Positions 38,631-51,529 of a stretch of DNA of 64,000 nucleotides are shown here, piece by piece. The DNA is from Hydrolagus affinis (Eukaryota). The position numbers and the translations under genes were made by a program. The notes below the pieces were generated by a model. It had not been told where the DNA came from. It was given only the letters and a program-made list of their open reading frames with translations, and searched no databases. Every line of letters begins with the position of its first letter. The first letter of the stretch is position 1. Where the stretch lies: NCBI GenBank assembly GCA_012026655.1, contig JAAILG010000161.1, forward strand, positions 62,001 to 126,000, read 5' to 3'.

Positions 38631-40104
38631 GTTAGTTTGACGTTAACATATACAAAGTAACTGAATATAAAATAGTTTTCACTCCCTCCGCAATCATTCT
38701 TGCTTTGCATGTGTAATAGTGGGAATGATCAGCTGTAAGTATAGTACCTCCTATCACTTCATTGTGGACTTTAGGAAACATGTAGGATTTACTTTTTATT
38801 CCAATGGAGCAAAGATTTTGTTTAGACAAAGACTAGTAAATAAAATTTATATTCAAAATAGAGGTTAATTAGGTATGAGCTGCATAATAACAAAAATCAG
38901 TACCTACATATTGTTTTAACCTGAACAAAATTTGCCTTACACTTTAACTCAATTAACATGGATAAATGTAAAATAATTAGTTTGGAGCAAGGGGGCTAAA
39001 AAGTGAATGGGTATTGGATGGAACTGGTGTACAGAATCCTGATCAAAGATACATTTTGGGATTATCATGAGTTACTGTAATATCAACAGCTGGTATTTAG
39101 CAATGGGAAAATGACAAGTAAGGTAGCGGGTTGCATCAGAGAGGGACATAGAATAGAATTCTAGAATATTAAAATGTTTCAAACTGACCACTCAGCCCAT
39201 CAGATATACCCTGGTATTTTTTTCTACATGAGTCAGCTTGTCCAGACCACTCTCCTGTCTCATACCTTTTAATATTCAAGCATCTACCCAAATCCCTTTT
39301 AAAATAAATTATAGACTGATTCAACAATACCGTTAGACAGGAACATAGCATCAATTTAAAGTCATATTCTTGCTGTCATAATGTATTGGCCACACCACTT
39401 GTGTGAATTGCTTGTGTGCAGGTCTGCCCTTGAGAGAATGGAGCTCAGCAACTAAGGTGATGATGGGAAGTCAGAATTTAAATTATGACAAAAGATAAAA
39501 TATTTAGCGTGTAAAAATTAGTTTGATTCATTGTCGTTTTATACTTGCGCCCTCTAGTTCTCCATTTATAAAAGAAGAAAACATGATTAGAGAATGTAAA
39601 AGGATAGATGAGGACTGAGAAATGAACAAATGTTCCACGGGACACGATGATTTGTGTGCTGCACAGGCTGAGCAGGCAGGGAGTTGTCTGTTGAGGGAAT
39701 GAGACTGGGACAGAATTGTGAAAATTAATTTTCTGCCATTTTTGCTTCATTACCTTCGAAATTCAAAGACTATCTATATATACAAATATTCCTCTGGAGA
39801 ATGAGTAGAGAGGTGAAATCTTATATGCAGTAACCATTTGTCTTAATATTGAATCAGATTCTTTTCTCTGATGGGCACAAGTTAATTTCTGTGAATTTCT
39901 CTTCCTGTATTGGAACCTTGGTCCTCAAATCAACCTTGTCACTTTTCCCTGAAACTCTCTTCAATGAATCTATGTCACTTAAATGTAAATGATAATAGTA
40001 GTCCTTGCATTTGATGTACCTCCCTATCTCAGCAAAACGTCTTTAAGGGCTTCAGAGTATTTTTGTAAAGCGTAGGAGAATGTAGCCACTCAGTTTGCAT
40101 ACAC

Positions 40105-40320
40105 CAAAAATAACAACAACAAAATTAAGTTTGTATAGCGCTGTTTACGTCAGGAGGACATCCCAACAATCAGTGTTTCAGACCCAATAGTGGCGGAGTT
40201 GGGCAATGTTGTGGAGATGAGGGAAAGCAGAGTGGGTCATAGTGTGGATGTGGACAGTTAAGGATGAAACAAGACGCCTAGTTCTTCACTAGCTTGGTGA
40301 GGTGGAGTGTGCAACCATGG
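40105..40320 (-). mobile_element. L2 fragments
   Basis: (aac)n tail, then ggcggagttgggcaatgttgtggagatg, as in the 15060 L2. Confidence 0.65.
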
Positions 40321-40734
40321 TGTGTATACCAATGTCCTACACACAGCAGTGAAGAGAATGATTAAATTTTTAACGAGTGATTGTTTGTCAGGGCATCAGG
40401 GGAAACCTTCTGTTTGATAATTGCATGGGATTTTTAATATTAACCTAAATAGGTAAATGGGAACTCAATTTCATGTTTCACATGAAGGATGGCACATTCA
40501 ACAATCCAGCACTAGCAGAAAAGAGAAGAGAGTTTACTTGATGTCCTGTCTATCAACACTCCTGTTAAAATCAGTCATTCAATTCACAACTGTTTGTTAG
40601 ACATTGCTATTTGTTAGAAATTGGCTGCCATGTTCGCCTACCAAATATAGTCACTGCACTTCATAGAGAATTCTGTGAAGAGAGGTACTATATGAAACAC
40701 AAGGATTATTATTATCTGTGTAATTGAGTATTCA

Positions 40735-41190
40735 CCCGACTCCATTGGCTCCCCATCATCTGAAGGATCCAATTCAAGATCCTGGTCCTCACATTTAAAT
40801 CCCTCCACAACCTCGCCCCACCCTACATTTGCGACCTCCTATCCCCTTACTAACCTGCCCCCCCCTTCCGCTCAGCAGGCTCCATGTCCCCCGCCCCATC
40901 CGCCCCATCATTGTCAGTCGAGCCTTCAGCCACTCTGCCCCCAACTCTGGAACTCCATTCCGCATTCCCTCCGCCTCGCCCCCTCCCAGGCCTCCTTCAA
41001 GTCTCGCCTCAAGACTCTCCTCTTCAACGAACCCATCGGCAACTCCTAATCCCACTCTCTTCCCCCTCCCACCCCCCCACCCCTAACCTGCGCTCAGCTC
41101 GTGTCTGAAGCAGTAACTGTCCAGAGCCTTGGGACATCCTCCTGATGTGAAAGGCGCTATACAAATGTGATTTTGTTGTTGTTGTTGTTG
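40735..41190 (+). mobile_element. L2 3' fragment
   Basis: ctccattggctccccatc...RAFSHSAP...gtgaaaggcgctatacaaatgtgatttt(gtt)n. Confidence 0.85.
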
Positions 41191-41292
41191 TATTCAGTAC
41201 TTTCAGGAAATGGGACATGCAACATTATCACATCACATGTCGCATGTTTCACCCCCTTGTTTAAGTATTAGGAAAAGCAAAGTTTAAGGACA

Positions 41293-41450
41293 AATAATCC
41301 TGACATTTGGTATAGCACCTTATCATGTCATTGAGACAGGTCAAAGTGCTTCAAAGAATATATTGTAAAGTATATATTTAAGTATATATAAAGACAATAT
41401 ATTTTGTGGATGAAACACAACAGCCAATTGCACGCAGCAGTGTCCCACTA
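41293..41450 (-). mobile_element. SINE 3' half, degenerate
   Basis: aataatcctgacatttggtatagc...cagccaattgcacgcagcagtgtcccac. Confidence 0.7.
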
Positions 41451-42294
41451 TATTGTTATATCCCAATATATTCTAGACAGCACAACTAAATAATCTGATC
41501 GGCTACCACTGATCACTGTCATTTGATTTATGTTATTGGGACAATTAATCATCCAGCATTATCCCAGGAGGTGCCATTTCAGTCACAATCCTTTTTTTCG
41601 GCATTGCATTCAATACTTTTTGGAAGTCATGGAATGGAGTGTCCACCTCATTACTATCACTCGCTAATTATGGTTCAAACATTTTGAAAAGATTTATATT
41701 CCATGACCTATTCTTCATAAACCACATCTCTCTGCATTTATTACCTTTGTTTTTATGAAGGTTAAATCAATTCCTTCTTAATTAATTTCAATGTTTTCTT
41801 CAGCACATATCAATCTCGCAGAAATTTATAACCCAAATCATGTTTCTAGGCTTTCAAAAATAATAAATCTTTAGCTGTTTTCCATCCTTCTCCTTCCAAG
41901 GCATTATTTAATCAGCGTTGAAACATTTCACCCCAGCTTCCTGACTTATACACTAATCTCTTTAAGTGCAATGTTGTAAACTGTTCAAGAATTTTAGATA
42001 AACAAATGTCATCAAAACCTTGGGATTAAGATGAGGGTGAAACTCATTTTGTTGTTAAGGTTGTATTCTTTAATCAATGCTACTTTTGAAATTTTAAGTA
42101 AACACTTAACGTTCTGCCACATTTGGAAAAACGAAATAATTTGAATCAATTTTAGCTCACGTTTGGCTAACACTAAAAGAAAATGCAATTCCACAATATT
42201 CATGCCTCTCAACCTTGAAATATGTGCCTTAACTTTAAAAATAAAGTATCTGAGCGTAATTAAAAATGTAAATGTGGAACTTAATTATCATCAC

Positions 42295-42648
42295 TCAGAG
42301 GATACGGTTCAAGATCCTGGTCCGTGCTTTGAAAGCTGTCCTTGAAAGGTAGGGAAAGCATTGCTCCTCCCTAGCTTTGTGACCTCTTAAACCGTGACCA
42401 ACCTATCTGCTCCCTCCACTCACCTGCTTCACGTACCCTGACTTGGACTTCTCATGTCCACCCTCTGGAAATCCAGCCCATCGTACCTTCACCTCGACCA
42501 TACCCTTGCCTCCTCTTCGACCGTGCCTAGGTCACCCTCCTAATGCTACCCTGCCTGCCCTTTACTCCACCTGATGCAGATCCCTGACTGTCCAGGGACG
42601 TCCTCCTGACATGAAAAGTACTACATAAATGTAATTTGTTGTTGTTGC
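42295..42648 (+). mobile_element. L2 3' fragment, decayed
   Basis: cagaggatacggttcaagatcctgg ... gggacgtcctcctgacatgaaaag..(gtt)n. Confidence 0.75.
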
Positions 42649-42827
42649 TGCTTGCTTGGGCATTCTTTGCTCGCATTCTCTGTACTTTCCTAATCTCATT
42701 TTTCATGTTCATATGAAACATTTTTCCACTTAATATAACCCATCACTTGTATGGTCACAATCGCGGTTTATTTTCTTACCTGTATTCACCCAGCAGCCTG
42801 GGAGTGCCATTCATTGTCAAAGGCTAT

Positions 42828-43136
42828 GGAGTCCTGTTGCTCAGTGGTTAGAGCACTCGCCTTGCAACCAAGAGACCTGGGTTTCTACCAGGCAGGGTGA
42901 AATCTTGGGCAAGTTTCCTCACTCTAAACATCTGATAATAATCCCTTAAAAAAATACAGTAATAAATTAGTTATTTCGATCCACAGCTGTTGGTGAGAAA
43001 CTGCTGTGTTCAATTGGCTGCAGCAGTTCGCCCACAAATATAGTCAATTCACTTTACGGTACATTCTGTGAAGTAGTTTGAGACGTCCAGAAGATGTGAA
43101 AAGCGCTATATCAAATGCAAGGGTTATTATTATTAT
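42828..43136 (+). mobile_element. tRNA-derived SINE, full length
   Basis: ggagtcctgttgctcagtggttagagcactcgccttgcaa ... gtgaaaagcgctatatcaaatgcaagg(tta)n. Confidence 0.88.
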
Positions 43137-43139
43137 CCT

Positions 43140-43265
43140 GCCATTGATTAGGTGGGACATTAAACTGAAGTCCTGTGTGCCTATACAGTTCAATGCTAAA
43201 AATCGCACAGCATTATTCGAATAGAGAAGGGCATCTCCTCTGACGGCCTGGCTGGCAGCCCTCCA
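43140..43265 (+). mobile_element. Old Deu-domain SINE relic
   Basis: tgggacattaaactgaagtcctgtgtgcc...aaaaatcgcacagcattattcgaatagagaaggg. Confidence 0.45.
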
Positions 43266-45940
43266 GATAAAGTAAAACATTCACATCATTATTATATGTG
43301 GATAACTTGTAACTTGTAATGTTTGCCTACAATTACATGGTCACTAGATTTCACAGTAAAGCCTTGAGAAAACCTGTGAGGTTTTTCGAAGACATTAGTT
43401 GATGTCATTTCAAATGCAAGGATGATTGCCATTTTTGGAATGTGGTGTATTCTTTCAAAACTTGGGTTTGATTGTATATTATGCATGAAGTATACGCCTG
43501 GATTACTGAACGAAACCATGTGTCCACCATGGGTTAACAATAACAACAACAAAATTACATTTGTAGAGCACCTTTCACATATCCCGACTGCCCGTTAAAA
43601 TAATTGAATGTTATCCTCAGTTTGATTTCAGGGCATCTCACTGTGTTGCTAAAACCTTTGCATGAAGTGATTTTCTTTATCACATCATCAATCCTCCAGT
43701 GTTATTGCTAAATCATTCAAGAAAATGATAACAGGGATGGTTATAAGAGACAGTCACTCGGGCAGTGAACATGTTGAAAGGTATGGCAAAACAGTAGGGC
43801 ATTAGGATGCATATATTTGCCAAAATCTAATAAATGGTAGAATTGTCTCATTGGACTAAATAACCCTAAATTTTCCTAAATTCTGCATGAATGACTTCAT
43901 GTAACTCCAGTTTCGTAACCAATAGTTTTTTTTCCCCCCAATAATAATTAACTGTTTTCACATTCTCAGTCTCTTTTTCCAGCACTAAAACTCACTGGAT
44001 TCGCCCTTACCATTTATTTTTGACCCTAACATTTAAAAAAAAAGAAAATTCTGCATGGAAAGGGCTTTCTTCATTCGCCACTTGGTGACTGCCAAAATAT
44101 ACAAGTTGTGGTTCTTGTGCCAGGATGTTCATGCTGCAAACTTTCATCCATCATGCCAAGCAGCAGCAGGATTAAACATTTGCAATTTTGATTTGAACCA
44201 TCTGTGATATTGATTTCTTTTTGTTAATTTCACAAAATGCAGCCGGTTTAAAAAAAAACACTTGCAAGCCCCATGCCGACTTTTCAGTTACTGTGCTAAA
44301 TCCGCTTGTGTGCTGAAGAGAAAAGTACTAGGATAGGTAAGCAGTAACGTCCTGAGTGCTGCATTCAGGCAGGATCTGGAAAGCTTTATAAATGATTAAA
44401 GCATCCACTAAAAACCCATTTTTTCATGAAAATATTTAATGCAGACATGTCAGCACAGAAATAAACCATTCTGTAAGTTCTTACAGTGGAGGATTATTTT
44501 GGATTTCTACTAATTTTTTGATGGCTGCTTCTAACATATTGCGAATATCTTTTGAAAGACAATCCATAGGAGGATGTGACTACATCCTGATTGATCTAGT
44601 GCCGTAAACTATTTTGAGCAACAACAAAATTACATTTGTACTGCAGCTTTCATGTCAGGAGGATGTCTCAAGGCATGGGACGCTCAGTGGTTTGGACCCA
44701 AACTAGGGTCGGGATTGGGGAGAGTGGAGGGAAGGAGGGTAACACCACAATTTCTGATAACCGGTTTTACCTATTTTACCCTATCTGTCCTAAAATTGCA
44801 CTCCACAACACTGAACGTGTCACTGTTTGTTCTACCGCCTCCGCATATGTGAAAATAATGACCTGAGGTTACTTTCTCAATCCCAATAGTGACTTACTTA
44901 CCTCTGTAAGTTCCTCTCTGTAATGTCTCCTGTCAAGGTGGCCTCTTTATATCTCTGCAACTAGAACTGTACGTGGTACTCCCAAGAGCAGTGTGACCCA
45001 GAACACTACAGTTTAAGTACAATTTCCAGGATGAAAATTCGATTAATTTCACTAAGTTTCCTGTTTACCTTGTTTATTGCTGCCTCACACAATTTGAATA
45101 CAGTGAGCGATGAGACATATATACCCATGCAAGTTCTGTCCTATCAAGGGATTTCATATACACTGCCTACTATTTTTGTCTTTTCTATGAAATAACTTGC
45201 CTCGGTCCATATTTAACTTCATTAGCCAGTGATGAACCCAATTGCATGCACCATTGAGCCCTCTTTATTAAAAATTCTGGCTGTCTCCTCTGATTCTGCA
45301 TTTTTCCACTAGCTTAGTGCCACCTGCAAATTTAATTACCTCGCTCTAGGTCAGGGATTCCAGGTGATTTCTGTATTGTAGGAACGCTGAGACAAATATA
45401 AATTGAGCAAGACGTATTAAAATTACATTGTAAGATTATGGAGTGATTTTGGCAACATTTCATCAAAAATTTGATGTGATAAGTACCATGTTAAACGTGT
45501 TATCAAATATCACAAATTTCACCTCTGAATTTCATTTGAAGAAATGTATTTAGTAAACATTTCACAATCCTGAGAATAAACAGGAAAAACATGTTTTTCA
45601 CTGAATAGTTTATTGGCTAGGGAAACAGTGTTCAATTATGTGTGCATGATTGGAACTCGAAAAATGTACCAACTTTTGATATAGTGGGGAACATCCTCTC
45701 TGTGAAACATGTTTTAGAAAATTCTTCTCAAATTCTATTTGCCCTGTGCACTGTGATACCTTGTAAAAAATAAATGCTTCATGAATGTTGAATTTTCTTA
45801 GATACCAAATGCAAACAGAAACACAAATGTAGTTCTCTAATATCAAGGTGTGGAAGATAATCTTTATATTGAGTAGAAAATTTCAGTCTGAGATTTTAAT
45901 TTCAGCTGCGTTAGCTCAGTTACTTACTATCAACCATGCC

Positions 45941-46004
45941 AAGCGCTTTGAGATGTTGATAAGATGTGAAAAGCGCTATATCAAATGCAAGGATTATTAT
46001 TATT
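45941..46004 (+). mobile_element. SINE tail-only insertion
   Basis: aagcgctttgagatgttgataagatgtgaaaagcgctatatcaaatgcaagg(att)n with no upstream body. Confidence 0.8.
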
Positions 46005-46142
46005 GGGCGCTATATTTGGACTCAGGTTACTGTTGATTTGTATCCCAGTGATAGGATAAAGAGTCAATGCTTTGGAGAAGATAAGGAGAAGTGAAAAAAA
46101 TTGGGAGAATTGTCATAAAATTGAATGCAAATTCTACACAGA

Positions 46143-46415
46143 ATAATTATAATAATAAATAATAATCCTTGCATTTGATATAGAGCCTTATCACATCTTT
46201 GAGATGTCTCAAAGCACTTTACAGAGTATAGCGTAAAGTGAATTGACTACATTTTATGGGCGAAATGCGGATGTCAATTGAGCATAGCAGTGCCCCACAA
46301 ACAGTTATGGATTGACTGACAAAATTGTTATTTGTTTAAAGGATTATTTACCCCAGTAAATCAATCCATCAATCGACTAACCAGAAGTTCACCACTTACT
46401 GCCAGGTGAACAGAA
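46143..46415 (-). mobile_element. Long-variant SINE, head missing
   Basis: Tail and body plus central block (reverse complement ctgttcacctggcagtaagt...gttagtcga...gggtaaaataatcc). Confidence 0.8.
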
Positions 46416-46481
46416 TAACTCCCTAAAAAGTACTTTCACTCACTTTAAAACATTTTATATGAACTACACACATGTGAGTTT

Positions 46482-46503
46482 TATATATATATATATATAT
46501 ATA
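46482..46503. repeat. (TA)n microsatellite
   Basis: tatatatatatatatatatata. Confidence 0.85.
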
Positions 46504-47139
46504 AAAGACAAATAAAACAAAAACGGTGATCGGGTAGTGCCAAAGAGTAAAGTCATATTCAGTGCTTATTTACATAAGTTCAACACACACGTTGAATCCA
46601 TTAGGTAACTATCATCAATCAAGTTATTTTTTAATGTAGGAAGGAAAATTGTATAACTATAGTGGCTGAAAAAACAAAGGAAAGCAAAGGGATTATAAAC
46701 AGCCAACTCAAGCATGCTGGAGAGTTGTGGTATAATGGAACATCATGAAAGAGATGGAATATGAACAGGCAGCACAGATATAAAACAGTAAACGTCAAGA
46801 ATTGGTACTGGTGTGGGCCCCATATTAGTTTCCAAACTGCACTACAAGCTGTTCTTTCGGAGTACTCCAAGTCACTTGTCTCTGGCAAATTATTGCAATA
46901 ACTCTTCAAACAGCAACCAAGATGTTCAAAATAAATGTTACTTTTACAAATCAAAGACATTTAAAATTGTTGCAAGAGCACTGAGGGTACGGGCAAAATT
47001 ATAGGAACAAAACTTGTGATGCAATGTTATCAATCATTGCTCCCAGACCCAGATTTCCTTTCCCACCCCATAGGATTGACATCTATCTGTTTAGTCCAAA
47101 AGTAAGCAAAAAACAAGTAAGCAAACTTGTGTTACTCTT

Positions 47140-47558
47140 ATCTTTCAGACCCCACATCATTATGTACACCAAGTTGTTGTCAAGATCCTCACTCTTGTGT
47201 TTAATTCCCTCCATTCCTTGGCACGCTCTGATCTCTCTAACTTCCTCTCTCCTCACAGCAATACCCACTGCCTCTGCTCTGCTGGTTCCGGCCTCCTCCT
47301 TTTCCCTTGATTCCTCCGCTTCACCATTGGTGGCCATGCCTTCAGCCATTAATCTTTGGAGCACTTTCCTTCCTCATTTTCAGGTTGCATCTGAAGACTT
47401 TTCTGTTCGAGCGTACCTACGGTCAACTTCTCTCTCCCCCTGGCTCGGTCTCAGGCTGCACCAAGCGCTCTGAGCTGCCATCCAGCATGCAGGGTGCTAT
47501 ATATATATGTATATATATACTGTATATATATATGTGTGTGTGCAAGTTGTTGTTGTTA
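47140..47558 (+). mobile_element. L2 3' fragment with a (TA)/(TG) microsatellite expanded in the tail
   Basis: ggtggccatgccttcagcc...ctgaagacttttctgttc...aagcgctctgag...gctatatatat...gcaagttgttgtt. Confidence 0.75.
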
Positions 47559-48629
47559 TCCACTTCTCATTTGACACAGATTGAATTCACTGGCTCCCTA
47601 TGTCGAATATAACACATATCCACTATTCTCTGTGGAATATTTAAACCTGTTTTGATATTTTCCCTCCTCTGAGATAAACTGTGTTCTTTTGAATTATTGA
47701 CTGTGTTAAATTTGCCAGTCACGCTGCCTCCCCTCCTTCATTTCCTGCTTCCTGCACTCAAACAGGACATGATGGCACCAATTCAGAAACAGTCTGGACT
47801 TGAATGCAAGTGATACTTTACATTTGCACAGAGTGCTTTTGTTCAAACTGTGCCATCTAAAAGAATAAACAACGTTCAACGCAGCGCATGAGATCATTTA
47901 TGGTTTTGGTCTAGTTGCCAATGTTCATAATGAATAACAGCATTTGAATGAATAACATCTGATCATGTGGCAGCTCATCATTCGACAACTTATCCCTCCT
48001 TTGATACCTAATTAAAAAACCATACAGCAAAATATATTGGACACGTAAAAACAAGTACCTCCAAACTAACAGCAATCACCTGCATGTAGGTGTGGACAAC
48101 AGACAAGTATATTTCTTACGGTATATTACATGAGTAGTCCTACATTCATTTTTTTTAAAAATAACAACCTCCAACGCTTTTTATCTGACCACTTCCCCAC
48201 AGTACACGCGTAGCTCCCTTGTAGATATTTGTTTAAAATAATCATGTGTACATAATTTCAGAAGCACCCTTCACATTTCACTTTTCAACACACAGAGTGG
48301 GTCACACGTACGACACAGATGTAGCCTGGTGCCTGTTGCATCTGTCTCTGTGCAAATACGTCTTGGGGAAACTGACAATTAGGCAAGAGATGAATGGGAG
48401 GACGATGCTGCACCTGCCCACACTGGCTGAGCTCCAACATGCCAGACCTTACTAATGATCCTGTTTTTGTAACATTTATTTTTGAGCAGCCTTTTCCTTT
48501 TTATATAATGTTTGCTAAGTAATTCCAGTGCGATTCTACAGCTAACACCTGGACCTTTAGAAATTGTTTCTCCAGTATTTAAAAAAGAGACCTTTTGTGC
48601 CATCTTTGCTGGTTTAGGTGATCCAAGGA

Positions 48630-49513
48630 GGAGCATTTGAGATGCTATAATGAATTGGCCTCGGTGTCCTGAGTTAGGAAGGCCTGAATGCTGCTCCTGA
48701 TCTCTCGGCAGAGATCTCTTCCTCCCCTATGGGAGATCTCTTCCTCCCTTCCTCCACCTTCCCGGTCTCCCCCTGAAACTCTCCGAACCTGTGCGCAACC
48801 TTGGTGTCAGGTTCGACCCCCAACTGTCCTTCCTCCCCCACATCCGGTCCCTCACCAGCACCACCTTCTTCCAGCTCTGATGGATTGCCCGTCTCCAGCA
48901 ATACCTCACCCCAAAAACCGCTGAAACCCAGGTCCATGCCTTTGTCACCTCACGGCTGGACTATTCAAATGCCCTCCTCGACGGTCTCCTCTCCACCACA
49001 ATCCATAAAATCCAACTCATCCAAATATCTGCCGCCCGCATACTCACCCGCACCAAACTTCGCTCCCCCATTACCCCAGTCCTTGCCAGACTTCACTGGC
49101 TCCCTATCCCCGAGAGGGTCGACTTCAAAATCCTCACCCTTGTTTTAAAATCCTTTCACTCCTCTGCACCCCCCTACCTCTCTGACCTCCTCTCTCCTCC
49201 AACCAGCTTCCATTGCCTTCGCTCCACCAAGTCTGGCCTTCTCCATGTCCCCCGAATCTTCCACACCACCCTCGGTGGCCGGGCCTTCAGCCACTATGCC
49301 CCGAGGCTCTGGAATTCCCTCACTCACTACCTTCGCCTCGCCCTCTCTTTTCTTAGTTTCAGGTCCCAGCTGAAGACCTTTCTCTTCGACTGTGCCTTTG
49401 TTCACTTTTCTACCCCTGCCCCTGGCTCGGTCCTGGGATCTGCTATTGTGAAGCGCTCTGAGACGCCGTCCGGCGTGGAGGGCGCTATATAAATTTAAGT
49501 TGTTGTTGTTGTT
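48630..49513 (+). mobile_element. L2 family-B 3' fragment, relatively young
   Basis: cgcaaccttggtgtc (RNLGV), cttcactggctccctatcc (LHWLP); tail aagcgctctgagacgccgtccggcgtggagggcgctatataaat..(gtt)n. Confidence 0.9.
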
Positions 49514-49514
49514 G

Positions 49515-49710
49515 AACTCCCTCAGTCAACTCCTTTGCCTCAACTCCCACTTTCCCATCTTCAGTTCGCACCTGAAGACCTTGCTCTTCGATCCCGTTTA
49601 CGGTCACCTTCTTCCTCCCCCGGCTCGGACTCAGGCTCTGCTATTGTGAAGCGTGATGAGATGTTGCCCGGTGTGGAAGGAGCTATGTAAATGCAAGTTT
49701 TGGTTGTCGT
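49515..49710 (+). mobile_element. Second L2 family-B 3' end in tandem
   Basis: cctgaagaccttgctcttcga...ctgctattgtgaagcg...ggtgtggaaggagctatgtaaatgcaag. Confidence 0.8.
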
Positions 49711-50036
49711 ACAGACAGGTTTACGCCTGTGAATATCAGGCCCGAAACTCCAGCTTTATAATGCTATCAAATCTCTTAAATTGTCATAATTCAAAATGCA
49801 CTTAGTTAGCTGCAATGCCCATTGACCTCTGCCTCTATGGTTGAACTCGTAAAACAGTAAATGAAGATCCAAATAGCCAAAATAAGATGAAAAGCGGTGA
49901 TTGTACATCAGGTATCAGCAGTTGTTGTGTGGAAGTCTGCATCTGCTTGTAAGAAGGAATTAGTGAAGCTCTGAATTCTGCTGATGCCGATTTTCACTTC
50001 AGTCTAGTGGTTAAACTAGTATAAATATTACTGTAC

Positions 50037-50260
50037 CAAAAACAAAGGTTGCTGGGGAAACTCAGCAGGTCAGGCAGCATCCATGGGAAAAGGAAAAAGA
50101 GTCAACGTTTCGGGTCTACAACCCTTCATCAGAGTCAACTGTTCTGACGAAGGGTTGTAGACCTTTTTCCTTTCTCCGTGGATGCTGCCTGACCTGCTGA
50201 GTTTCCCCAGCAACTTTTGTTTTTGTTTCAGATTCCCAGCATCTATAGTATTTTGTGTTT
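50037..50260. mobile_element. Palindromic Penelope-type short element with hammerhead-like cores
   Basis: Inverted arms 50037-50133 and 50143-50225. The minus strand of the left arm reads CTGATGA-A-GGGT-tgtag-ACCC-GAAA-CGTT. Confidence 0.7.
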
Positions 50261-51529
50261 TATAAATATTACTGTCCCTGGGGATCACAATGCATAATTG
50301 TACGTAGCACTTAACATGTGGACACACGGGCCAAATGTATACAGGCAGAAATTTGTTTTTATTGGTCTTGTAGACTTGCAGTGCTGTGAGCCAGAGGTAT
50401 AAATCAAGCTGTTCCACTCAATCTGCACACATCGATTCACAGTACCTGGATTACACCATTGGGACTCAATATAAACATTGGTATTAGGTGTGCCTAGCCT
50501 TCAGGTATGTGTTGCTGAAGTAATGATGTAATAGGCAACACATGGCATAAATTGTCTCTATTTACATTGGGTCCAAGCAGTGAAGATAAATGTACTGCTA
50601 ACATTCCTATACCTTTTCCAGATGCTCACAGCTTATCCACAGTGAGTAAAATTCAATGTTTTGGCACTGGCATTTCATATGAAACGGCAGATCCCTCAGT
50701 ATCTTAACCTGATTCATGTGGCACAAAGGAAGCAAATCCATCTCAAACGCTAGTGTTTACTCTCATTATATTTTATCGATGCTGGTCCGCACCAGGCTCG
50801 TACAAACAAAGATAGAATCATTAGAATTGAATTAAGGGAATGTTTTCCATATCTTTAGTATTGAAAGCACGGTTTCAAATTGTGAAGTGTCGTGATTGTA
50901 TATTTATAGTCAAAAATTGTAGCCTTTCTGGTCAGTATTTTCAGTTGTTTTAGTCAGTTTGTACTTCAGTGGGAAAGCAGTAAACTTATGGAACAGGGAG
51001 TCGGTGGAAGCAGAAAATGTCACTTATCGATTTCTGATTTAAAAAAATCTCAGGATAGATACATTATATAGTTTGCGACGCGACAAGTCAATCGATTGCC
51101 AGGGTGGTGGAAGATGAACTAAATAGACTATGGTCTTTCGCCAAGCAAATTCTTATGTATAACAAAATTACCTTGTACTATAAAATATAATTAGTTGCTG
51201 TTGTACTGTTGAAACAAAACAATTTCAGCAAGTAGGTTGATGTGGAAAAGGAATCCTCACTTGCACTCCTTACTCCTCATTAATCTTTTCCTCAACCTTT
51301 ATGAAAGTAAGATAAAAGAATAGCCCAAGTATGCCAACTCCAAACTAGCTGAGAAAACAATTTAGTTTAAAGTTCAAGTATTTTAAAGTGCTAAAACAAT
51401 CACTTGAATTGTTTTCCAGAAGCAAATGTTGAAAAGTTACTAGTAAAGCTCGAACACAGTCAGCAATATGTTAATAGTTAAGTGCATCATGGTATGAATC
51501 TTTCCCTTCAGTCCAACAAAGTATTTTAT

